A DNA stretch of 64,000 nucleotides from the NCBI GenBank assembly GCA_027923505.1, contig BROI01000005.1, forward strand, positions 744,001 to 808,000, written 5' to 3'. The notes below the pieces were generated by a model. That model saw only the letters and a program-made list of their open reading frames with translations. It was not told where the DNA came from and searched no databases. Both the position numbers and the translations under genes were made by a program. Positions 23,976-32,404 of this stretch are shown here, piece by piece (the first letter of the stretch is position 1; each line of letters starts with the position of its first letter). The stretch is from Mayamaea pseudoterrestris. Its lineage: Eukaryota.

Positions 23976-24215
23976 CAAGTTGAAGTATCCAAAGAGCCTC
24001 ATCCTTCGGAAAGCTTCGGCCATGACGACGACGCATCGCGATCCAGTGGGCGACCGTTTGCTCCCTCCTGGCAATCTTCGTCAATTCATATTCAATACTC
24101 GTACAAACTAGGCAAGCAAGGAACGCTATCGCTCGCATTTATAAGCATGAGAGAAAGCAAAAATCAGAACTCTTCCTCTTATAGTTCACGTTATCATCGA
24201 CTCCTACTCTTCGCC

Positions 24216-25817
24216 ATGTCATCCATGAGCCTTTCGTCCTTGACGGCTGATGCATCCACGTCTTCTGCTTCGCCAAGTGCACCATCGTCTTTATCGTCAA
24301 CATCCACCAAGCGCCTCACGGTGGAGTCCATGAACAAGAACTTACTGAAAATGGAATACGCCGTCCGCGGTCCCGTTGTCATTGCGGCCGACAAGATCAA
24401 CGATGAACTCAAGCAGCAGCAGCAGCAGCAGCAGCAGCATGGCGCTACGTCGCAATCAAGCAACAACAACAAGTATCCCTTTGACCACATTATTTACACC
24501 AACATTGGCAATCCCCACTCGGTCGGACAGGCGCCACTCACATGGCCCCGCCAGGTACTGGCGCTGGTCGACCTGCCCGACGCGGTCGGCGTCAATCACC
24601 CCGACGCCCCAAAACTCTTTCCACCCGACGCCATTCGCCGCGCCCAGGAAATCAAAACCGGTCTCATGGGCCACGGCTCGGGCGCCTACAGCCACTCGCA
24701 GGGCGCGCAGTGCTTTCGCAATGATGTGGCGCAGTTCATTCAACGTCGCGACAATGGCGTGGCAAGCGACGCTTCGCGCATCTTTTTAACCAATGGAGCC
24801 TCGGAAGCCATTCGCATGGTGCTGCAAACGCTCGTGGCCAACGTTAATTGCGGCACCATGATTCCCGTTCCGCAGTATCCAATCTACTCGGCGACGTTGG
24901 ATTTGTTGAACGCGCACAAGGTTGGTTACTACATGGATGAAGAGTCGGATTGGAGTTTGAATGTTGAGGAACTGGAGCGCGCGTTAGAGGAAGCCAAGTC
25001 CAAGGGCATTGAGGTCAATTCCTTTGTGCTCATCAACCCGGGCAATCCGACGGGGCAAGTATTGACCAAGGAAAACGTCAAGGACATTGTTTCCTTTTGC
25101 GCCAGACACCGCTTGGTGTTGCTGGCCGACGAAGTCTACCAGGAAAACGTCTACGAGGAAGGTGCTGCCTTTTACTCGGCCAAGCGCGCCGCGCACGACT
25201 TGGGGTTGCTGCATAATGATGGATCAGATGCTGGCATTGAACTCGTGAGTTTTCACTCCGTCAGCAAGGGTGTCTTTGGTGAATGTGGACGGCGAGGTGG
25301 CTACATGGAGCTGGTGGGTATTGACTCTGGCGTGGTGGATCAATTGTACAAGCTGGCGTCGAGTAGTTTGTGCAGCACTGTGAGTGGACAAGTCATGACC
25401 AGTCTCATGGTGCGCGGACCTGATTTCGGCAGTGAGAGTTACGAGAGTCACGAGGCGGAGAAGAAGGCAGTCTTTGACTCGCTCAAGCGACGCGCTAAGT
25501 TGGTAGGTGATGGATTGAACAGCATTGAAGGCTTTTCATGTCGTTCACCAAAGGGTAGCATGTATTGCTTTCCGTCTGTCAAAATGCCGCCTGGTGTCTT
25601 TCGCGAGGCAGAGTCTCGCGGCGTGTCACCCGATACAGTCTACGCCGTGTCGTTACTGGAAGCGACTGGTATTTGCGTCGTTCCAGCGTCTGGCTTTCAC
25701 CAACGAGAAGGTCGGTATGGATTCCGAACAACCTTTTTACCGTCGGAGGAGGAAATGTCCAAGGCGGTGGAAATGATTCGTGGTCACTACAAGGAGTTTT
25801 GTGCTCGGTATGCCTAA
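24216..25817 (+). CDS. Alanine aminotransferase family, copy 2 (intronless; alternative start at 24147)
   Basis: Same motif set as copy 1 (MEYAVRG, NIGNPH, SFHSVSKG, GFRTTFLP). Ser-rich N-terminus and a poly-Q (CAG) run near 24414. Confidence 0.92.
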   Translation: MSSMSLSSLTADASTSSASPSAPSSLSSTSTKRLTVESMNKNLLKMEYAVRGPVVIAADKINDELKQQQQQQQQHGATSQSSNNNKYPFDHIIYTNIGNPHSVGQAPLTWPRQVLALVDLPDAVGVNHPDAPKLFPPDAIRRAQEIKTGLMGHGSGAYSHSQGAQCFRNDVAQFIQRRDNGVASDASRIFLTNGASEAIRMVLQTLVANVNCGTMIPVPQYPIYSATLDLLNAHKVGYYMDEESDWSLNVEELERALEEAKSKGIEVNSFVLINPGNPTGQVLTKENVKDIVSFCARHRLVLLADEVYQENVYEEGAAFYSAKRAAHDLGLLHNDGSDAGIELVSFHSVSKGVFGECGRRGGYMELVGIDSGVVDQLYKLASSSLCSTVSGQVMTSLMVRGPDFGSESYESHEAEKKAVFDSLKRRAKLVGDGLNSIEGFSCRSPKGSMYCFPSVKMPPGVFREAESRGVSPDTVYAVSLLEATGICVVPASGFHQREGRYGFRTTFLPSEEEMSKAVEMIRGHYKEFCARYA

Positions 25818-26209
25818 AGGATTCGATCGCGATGCGATGATTTGTTTGCGAGTTTATCGCATTGTCATGCTCATTTTTAAATTATAGAGTCAATGCTAAT
25901 ACGGCCACTTTATACAATCCATTCGTAAAATTATGCTTTTAGCTTGACGGTTTACCATGGTATCCCTCGATGATGGGCCCAAAAGCCTCGGCTTAGGATT
26001 CTACAGACTACCGTAGTCGACGTTTAAGAGATATTGTAAATAATCATGGACTATAGAATACAGTATGTTACAAATACAATGTTAACTGTACACGCAGAAT
26101 GGAAGGCGACTCGCACCAATGGGGTGACCCTTGGGGCGTCAAGGCAGCAAGTTGGGCCCAACTCAACGCCGCTGGGTCGTTCACTCCGTTGCACTATATT
26201 GACTTTCGC

Positions 26210-26821
26210 TCAAAAGCTCATACTTCGGGGCCGCGTCGATTCGTCAACGTCCATGTTGCTGCAGTCATTGCCTGCAACATTGCCATGAAACGAGTCTTGT
26301 CGTGATGTGAATGAAAGAAAGGGATCCAGCTTGCTGGCCGACAGTTGGCGTCGGACCGGAACGCGATTCATTGCTGTAGCAGAATCTTGATTTGCATCTT
26401 TCGTTAACGCATTAGTAGTAGCAGTTGATGCCGCTGCAATGGATCCCATGGCGGAAAGGAACGAGTCCGAAACCTTGCGCGGCGCCACGTAGGAATTCTG
26501 TCGCGTCTTTTTCATCGTTCCTTCCTCCACAACGTAGCAGGCGCTTGGAACAACGTCACTGAAATCTTCGTCAAACATGTCGTCGTCATCGCCATCCACA
26601 GTGGACTCGGAGAAGGAATCGCGGCCCCGCTTGGTGCTCGACGAGTGCTCGCTGCCGCTCGTGGCAGTGGCGGAGGAAACGGAGCGAGTCAAATTTCCAA
26701 ACTGGCGCGGCCATGATGGCGTAGCAAGCAGCGGCGCAACGAATGGTTCCATGAGCAACGTCGAGCTTGATGTAAAGGTCGGAGAAACCTGGTGGTAGTG
26801 ATGAGGCAAATTCTGTGACAT
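26210..26821 (-). CDS. Hypothetical, probably disordered Ser/Thr-rich protein
   Basis: 203-aa ATG ORF with many RxxS motifs, ending RPRSMSF. Confidence 0.65.
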   Translation of the reverse strand: MSQNLPHHYHQVSPTFTSSSTLLMEPFVAPLLATPSWPRQFGNLTRSVSSATATSGSEHSSSTKRGRDSFSESTVDGDDDDMFDEDFSDVVPSACYVVEEGTMKKTRQNSYVAPRKVSDSFLSAMGSIAAASTATTNALTKDANQDSATAMNRVPVRRQLSASKLDPFLSFTSRQDSFHGNVAGNDCSNMDVDESTRPRSMSF

Positions 26822-27501
26822 GTTGTTATTGTCGCGGAATCACGGAAACTGGATCGTAGTAGGCTGGATCTTAAGCAATTTAGGCTCGGGTAACAACTCA
26901 AAGATAGTTGGAAGATATCTCAGTAGTCAAGAAGCCCTACTAGAGTATAGTATCGATGTAGGGTGTTGCCTGTCTCGATTGTTGTTCACTTGATCGCGCA
27001 CAAGTAGTTTCACCGTCACACACACACAAGGTGCAAGCGTTATCCTTCTGCTTGCAGGTGGCGTGTCGCTGCACAAAAGGCCCGACGACCATCCGAGCGT
27101 CAACGCCCAAGAAAATGGCGTCATTCAACTATTGCCCAAGATTGTCAAGTCACGCACATGGATTGCTGCGTCAGAAGGGTTATGTATAAGATGTAGGGCA
27201 ATACATGAAAATTGGTTGGTAAGATACAAAGTCAAGCAGTTGGCAAAGCTAGCTAACAGGTCACTTGCATGAGCTGCCAATCAATGCGGTTATGAGATCC
27301 CGTAATTACAGAGGCGCAATAACGCAAGCAAGAGCAAAGAGTAGTGTTATATTAAATGTGAGATTTAAAGATCAAGGCGAGTCCAAGCTACTTTAGTAGA
27401 CTTGATCTCCAACAAAGCCCAGCCGCCGCAACATGTGATAGACGCCGATCAAAAGCCAAAATTAAGACCCGCAGCTACACACTCCATTGTAAGTATAATA
27501 C

Positions 27502-28713
27502 CTACGGATACACTTGCACATTCCAGCCATGCTCATCCGGCGCCTCTCCATTCTGAATGGATCGAACGTGGTCATAAAGCTTGCGCGTCACTGGTCCAAT
27601 TTCGCCATTGCCAAACTCAAAGCGCTTGCCGTCGCTCAGTCGGGTAATGCTACCCACTGGTGTCACAACTACGGCGGTTCCAACGGCCAAAACTTCATCC
27701 ATGCTTTCCAGCTCATCCACGCTCACTTCCCGCTCCTCCACATCCATGCCAAGGTCACGAGCAATCTGCATGAGCGACTTGTTGGTAATGCTTGGCAAAA
27801 CAGATCCCGACTTTGGTGTGATAAACGAGTTTCCGCGAATGCCAGCAAAGTTGCTCGTACTAAACTCTTCCACCAAGCTATTCGTCTTGGCGTCCATGTA
27901 CAAGGCAATCGGGTAGCCTTGCTTTTTGGATAATTGATTCGGTAGCAAGTCGGCTGCATAATTGCCCGCCACCTTGACGTGTCCCACGCCTCGCGGCGCC
28001 GCGCGATCGTACTGCTCCATTAGTATACCATTGACGGGGCTTGACAACCCGCCCTTGTAGTAGTCGCCAACGGGTAGTACCATGCACAGAAACGTATACT
28101 CATCCGCCGGCGACAATCCCACGCGTGGCCCACTTCCAAAGAGCAGCGGCCGAATATACAAGGCGCCGTTGCTTTCATGCGGCGGAACATAGTCTATGTT
28201 ATCCAAAACTGCCGCTTTAATCGCATTGACAAACAAGTCATCCGGGAGTTCCGCCATGAGCAGTCGCTGACAGGAGCTTTGCATGCGATGAGCATTCTCC
28301 GTCGGCCGAAACAAGTGCACCGAGCCGTCCTTGTGCGTAAACGCTTTCAGGCCTTCAAAGCAGGCTTGGCCGTAGTGAAGGGCCGTGGCGGCAATGTGCG
28401 TCTTGACGTAGGGGTCATTGACGAGCTCGGGCTCGGACCAGCCGGAACCAGTTTGGTAGACGAGTTTGACGTGTGAGCGGGTTGGTCGAAACTCAAAGCC
28501 TAAATCCTCCCACGCAACGTCTAGGTGAGCGGTTCCGGGTAGTCTGGCTGATGATTTAGTACTACTTGTTGCTGTACTTGATACGGTACTACTATAGAGG
28601 CTCGTTGATAATGCTCGGCCAGCATATTTACGAGAGGAAGCGGAAAAGGCTTGCGTGACGGCGGGTAACATTCCAAGCAGAATCATCTTGCGAAATGATC
28701 GAGCCGAAAGCAT
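27502..28713 (-). CDS. BCAT: Branched-chain amino acid aminotransferase (PLP fold IV), probably plastid-targeted
   Basis: LHYGQACFEGLKAF, LYIRP, KVAGNYA, EEFSTSN, VLPSIT and GTAVVVTPV. Leader ending VTQA-FS. Confidence 0.93.
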   Translation of the reverse strand: MLSARSFRKMILLGMLPAVTQAFSASSRKYAGRALSTSLYSSTVSSTATSSTKSSARLPGTAHLDVAWEDLGFEFRPTRSHVKLVYQTGSGWSEPELVNDPYVKTHIAATALHYGQACFEGLKAFTHKDGSVHLFRPTENAHRMQSSCQRLLMAELPDDLFVNAIKAAVLDNIDYVPPHESNGALYIRPLLFGSGPRVGLSPADEYTFLCMVLPVGDYYKGGLSSPVNGILMEQYDRAAPRGVGHVKVAGNYAADLLPNQLSKKQGYPIALYMDAKTNSLVEEFSTSNFAGIRGNSFITPKSGSVLPSITNKSLMQIARDLGMDVEEREVSVDELESMDEVLAVGTAVVVTPVGSITRLSDGKRFEFGNGEIGPVTRKLYDHVRSIQNGEAPDEHGWNVQVYP

Positions 28714-28850
28714 GTTGACCGAAACGAAAATTGACAAGAGCTTCCGTTCCGTGCCTTTCTCCAAACGTGATGGGGAAGGCGTCTGACTTGCGTTGATGGC
28801 TTGACAAAGAAGGGACGAACGACGAGGAAGCGCGGTCGCCGCGACGAATG

Positions 28851-28930
28851 AACGGCCAGCGCACGGCTAGCCCACGGCCAGCCCACGGCTAGCCATGGCT
28901 ACGACACGGCTAGCCCACGGCCAGCGCACG
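28851..28930. repeat. 11-bp minisatellite (CACGGCYAGCS) x ~7 in the BCAT/MFS divergent promoter
   Basis: AACGGCCAGCG CACGGCTAGCC CACGGCCAGCC CACGGCTAGC CATGGCTACGA CACGGCTAGCC CACGGCCAGCG CACG. Confidence 0.9.
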
Positions 28931-29063
28931 CTTGGAGTAGTGGATGCCGGTAAGACTTTTTTTACCACTTGACTGAGTACCTATACGACATATTACTGCC
29001 ATCGCACGTTTCTCGAGAAGCACCGCAAGCAGCTCACAAGATTTTTAGAGGCAGCAACAGAGC

Positions 29064-30719
29064 ATGAGGGCTGCTCAAAGTGTCCGTGAAAGGCTTCTTT
29101 TGCTGTGCTTGCTACTGAAAGATGCTCAAGCCTTTGCCGCAGCGTCTCCTCATACTTTGATTGGTCGACATGGAGCGTCATGGTCGCCAGTCACGGCTCG
29201 TTCCAACAACATGCCGATGCGGACATCAATGTTTCCATCTGCTAGTACAAATTTTGTTACATACACTTCTGCTACTGCTACAATGTCTTCGTCTACGAGC
29301 CTTTACTTGTCGCTACGTGGAGGAGCTATTCCCTCGAGTTCTACCATTACCAATCTACTTTCCAGTGCATCATCCCTGACAAGCACTCCGCAAGCCCTCT
29401 TCAACTCATCATTGATTGCCATTGGCGTTACCATTTTGTTACTTAAATTACTTGGCCGCGATGCAAACGCCACCAAACAAGTCAAACCAGAAAACGTGTC
29501 CAGTCTACAGCGCCGCTTTCTAAGTGTCTTTTGGTTGATGCGCATGAGTGACTGGCTGCAGGGTCCATACTTTTACGAGGTGTACGCCAGCAAAATCTTT
29601 CATGGCGTTCCCGCCAGCATGACACTCATTAGTCGTCTATTCTTGACGGGCTTTGCTAGTACGGCAATCTTTGGACCGTCGGTTGGTCGAGCTGCTGATT
29701 TTTACGGAACAAAAAAGGCTACCATTGCGTTTAGTTTCATTTATGCATTGGGAGCAATGAGTACCAAGTCGCCGCTGCTGCAAGTCTTGTTCGTTGGTCG
29801 TATATTGAGTGGCATTGGAACGAGTTTGCTCTTTAGTGCACCGGAAGCGTGGTTGGTGAGTGAAGCGCAAAAGACGAACTCCACCAGCTACTTGGGCGAA
29901 ACCTTTGGTTTGGCGTATGCCGGTGACAGTATTGTGGCAATCATGGCGGGGCAACTGGCAACGAGTGCTGCCTTGCAGCGGGGACCGACCGGGCCGTTTG
30001 AACTGTCAACGCTCTTTCTCGTCTTGGGAGGACTCTTGTGTACGGCGATTTGGAGCGAAAACAAGGCGCCAAGTGTCGCCAACTCGCGGCCGTCCATTCG
30101 AGAAGCTATCCAAGTCATCAAGAAGGATCCCAAGATTGCCTTGGTAGGTGGAGTGCAGAGCTTGTTTGAGGCGGCAATGTACATTTTCGTGCTGCAATGG
30201 CCGCCAGCCTTTAGCGCGGCTGTCACCAACACGTTTGGTGCCACGGTGAGTAATCCATCGACTCCGTACGGCACCATCTTTTCCTGCTTCATGGCCAGTT
30301 GCTTGCTTGGTTCCACCATTTTCGGGCAAGCATCCAAGCTTGGAGTTGCAACGGAAACGTTTACGAGTGTCATGCTAGTGGTTGCAACCATCGCCATGTC
30401 GGCTGCAACATTGACGGTCAAGACGACTGGCAACCTGTGGAGCCTCATGGCCACACTGTTTGTCTTTGAAGCTTGCGTTGGCATGTACTTTCCCTCGATT
30501 GGAACGCTCCGATCAAAGTATATTCCAGACTCGCATCGATCCGTCATTATGAATTTGTTTGGGATTCCACTCAATGTCTTGGTGGTTGGTGTGTTCCTAA
30601 GTATTGATAAGCTTGGATTGGGAGGAGCGTTGAGCATTAGCTCGGGAGCGCTAGCCGTGGCATCCCTGTGTATGCTCAAGGTGCGAGGGTTGACGGCAAA
30701 GGATCGCTTGCAAACGTAG
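29064..30719 (+). CDS. MFS transporter, molybdate-anion transporter MOT2/MFSD5 (DUF791) family, with bipartite leader
   Basis: DWLQGPYFY, GRILSGIGTSLLFSAPEAW, WSEN, SLFEAAMYIFVLQW, FEACVGMYFPS and IMNLFGIPLN. Leader LLLLCLLLKDAQA-FA. Confidence 0.9.
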   Translation: MRAAQSVRERLLLLCLLLKDAQAFAAASPHTLIGRHGASWSPVTARSNNMPMRTSMFPSASTNFVTYTSATATMSSSTSLYLSLRGGAIPSSSTITNLLSSASSLTSTPQALFNSSLIAIGVTILLLKLLGRDANATKQVKPENVSSLQRRFLSVFWLMRMSDWLQGPYFYEVYASKIFHGVPASMTLISRLFLTGFASTAIFGPSVGRAADFYGTKKATIAFSFIYALGAMSTKSPLLQVLFVGRILSGIGTSLLFSAPEAWLVSEAQKTNSTSYLGETFGLAYAGDSIVAIMAGQLATSAALQRGPTGPFELSTLFLVLGGLLCTAIWSENKAPSVANSRPSIREAIQVIKKDPKIALVGGVQSLFEAAMYIFVLQWPPAFSAAVTNTFGATVSNPSTPYGTIFSCFMASCLLGSTIFGQASKLGVATETFTSVMLVVATIAMSAATLTVKTTGNLWSLMATLFVFEACVGMYFPSIGTLRSKYIPDSHRSVIMNLFGIPLNVLVVGVFLSIDKLGLGGALSISSGALAVASLCMLKVRGLTAKDRLQT

Positions 30720-30861
30720 AACAGTTCTACTTCAATGGTGTATTTGTCCGAAGCATTTTTAATTTAGTTTACAATATGATTTGTAGTTGCAAGCGTTCAG
30801 TTAAAGTTTCATTGACGAGCATAGAAACCGGCCATGTCACATATTTTACCCAGCGAGGTAG

Positions 30862-32097
30862 TCAGTGTTTCTCCTCAGCCATCGTTTGGTCCTGAATGTA
30901 TTCGAGAAATGCCTTGGTAATGGTTTGTGGGGACGCTTCGCTTGGAGGATATAACCTCGTCCATTTGAGATATTGCTGCCGCCGCTGTCGGAGCTCGGTA
31001 GCAGACATGCTGGCCGTGGCTGGCTTGACAATCTGCGGAGAAACATTGGGAAGTTTAAGCACAATCGAGCCCGGCTCTTTGCCTGCGTCATCCTTTTTGC
31101 GCTCCTCCTGTGCCGCAATGATAGCTGACACTACGTGCTGCGTCGTGGCATCAATCACATGGAGCACGTTAGCGTCACTTGCGCCCTGTTGCTGGGTTGA
31201 CATGCTTTGTTCCAAACGCTTGGTGTTTGTCAGATAAATGTTGAGGATAAGGTCAATGCGATCGTCCAGAGGCAACGTAAGGTCTTCCTCATATTTCTGC
31301 TTCGTCTTTGCATTCGTTGACCTTGAATACTGCGTTGAATAATCATCAATATCAGTCTCCAAAGATGGCACTATTTCAGGCGTGTCTTCTAGAGATTTTA
31401 AATATTCAGCATTTAGTATCGGTCGTACTAACGATCTTGTTACAGTCGATGCAACTGCTGGCTTGACCTTGGCTGCCCGCTTGAAACTCGATCCCTTCTT
31501 CTTTGGTAGGACTTCAACAGGGGCGCTATCCGACTTCTGAACGCTTGCAGTTTGATCTACATCAGTGGTTAAAGCTTCCTTGAGGCTATGCATGTCATAA
31601 ATGGATTGTCCCAGTAGCTCCGCTTCAAGCGATTCGTTTCGCTCGCCGTCAGCTCGAACATCAACGCGAAACAGCGGCTGATCCCATCGATTCCTGTCAT
31701 CGGGAGGCTCATATCGCTGCATCAAGTCAACGAGCTGTTCGTCTGAGTAGTGCTGGCAACTTTCATTGTACTTTTGACAGTTTCGTATTGAATTCATGAC
31801 CCAGAGGACGCAATGCTTCTGCCGCATCGCCTTGGAGATGCAATACAGTTCGTAGTGATATCCCTTGATGGCATTCATAGAATCGACAATAATGAGCGTA
31901 GAACTTGCAGCCGAGGACGCATGCCGATCAAATTGACTCTTGAGTTCGGCTCGCGTCGCCTTTTCATTGTCGGATGCAATGTCTGTGAGAATTGTAACGT
32001 TTTCGACGTCGGAACGAAGGAGCGCACGCTGCTTAATTGCCTCGGCAAGAGTAGATTTGCCACAGCATGGATGGCCAGTAAGTATTAGACAAGGCAT
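30862..32097 (-). CDS. KTI12: KTI12 (Elongator-associated P-loop protein)
   Basis: MPCLILTGHPCCGKST, IVDSMNAIKGYHYELYC, RYEPPDDRNRWDQPLF and ELRQRRQQYLK. Confidence 0.9.
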   Translation of the reverse strand: MPCLILTGHPCCGKSTLAEAIKQRALLRSDVENVTILTDIASDNEKATRAELKSQFDRHASSAASSTLIIVDSMNAIKGYHYELYCISKAMRQKHCVLWVMNSIRNCQKYNESCQHYSDEQLVDLMQRYEPPDDRNRWDQPLFRVDVRADGERNESLEAELLGQSIYDMHSLKEALTTDVDQTASVQKSDSAPVEVLPKKKGSSFKRAAKVKPAVASTVTRSLVRPILNAEYLKSLEDTPEIVPSLETDIDDYSTQYSRSTNAKTKQKYEEDLTLPLDDRIDLILNIYLTNTKRLEQSMSTQQQGASDANVLHVIDATTQHVVSAIIAAQEERKKDDAGKEPGSIVLKLPNVSPQIVKPATASMSATELRQRRQQYLKWTRLYPPSEASPQTITKAFLEYIQDQTMAEEKH

Positions 32098-32404
32098 ACT
32101 TGATTTAAAAAAGGAATAGCTCTTTCGAGGAGACAGCAGTGGCCCGAGTAATCTCCATGGTCCCCGACGAGACGATGCATGATGTGATGGTTGTCGTTGA
32201 GAACCGGAGCGATCATTAGCTATCTTGGACGTATCAATGGGAAACAGTGCAAGTATATCTATGAGTGCATATGGATCCTGCCGACCATAAAAGGTAATTT
32301 TTTTCAAATTTAATGTATTGCTATTTACAGCAGGAAGCCATGTACAGTCTACCTGCAAAGCAAGGTTGCCATCCTTGTTCACGATTGCCCGTAAACGACT
32401 GCGC

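Noticed and set aside
23631..24215. Long N-terminal extension of the 728-aa AlaAT2 ORF
   Set aside because: It overlaps the divergent Pho88 gene and promoter and has no protein-like features, so it is probably a chance open frame.
24414..24437. CAG microsatellite (poly-Q) in AlaAT2
   Set aside because: Short homopolymer runs are common in this window and this one lies in a variable loop.
28851..28930. Possible CRISPR-like array
   Set aside because: The units are contiguous 11-mers without spacers, there are no cas genes, and the context is eukaryotic.
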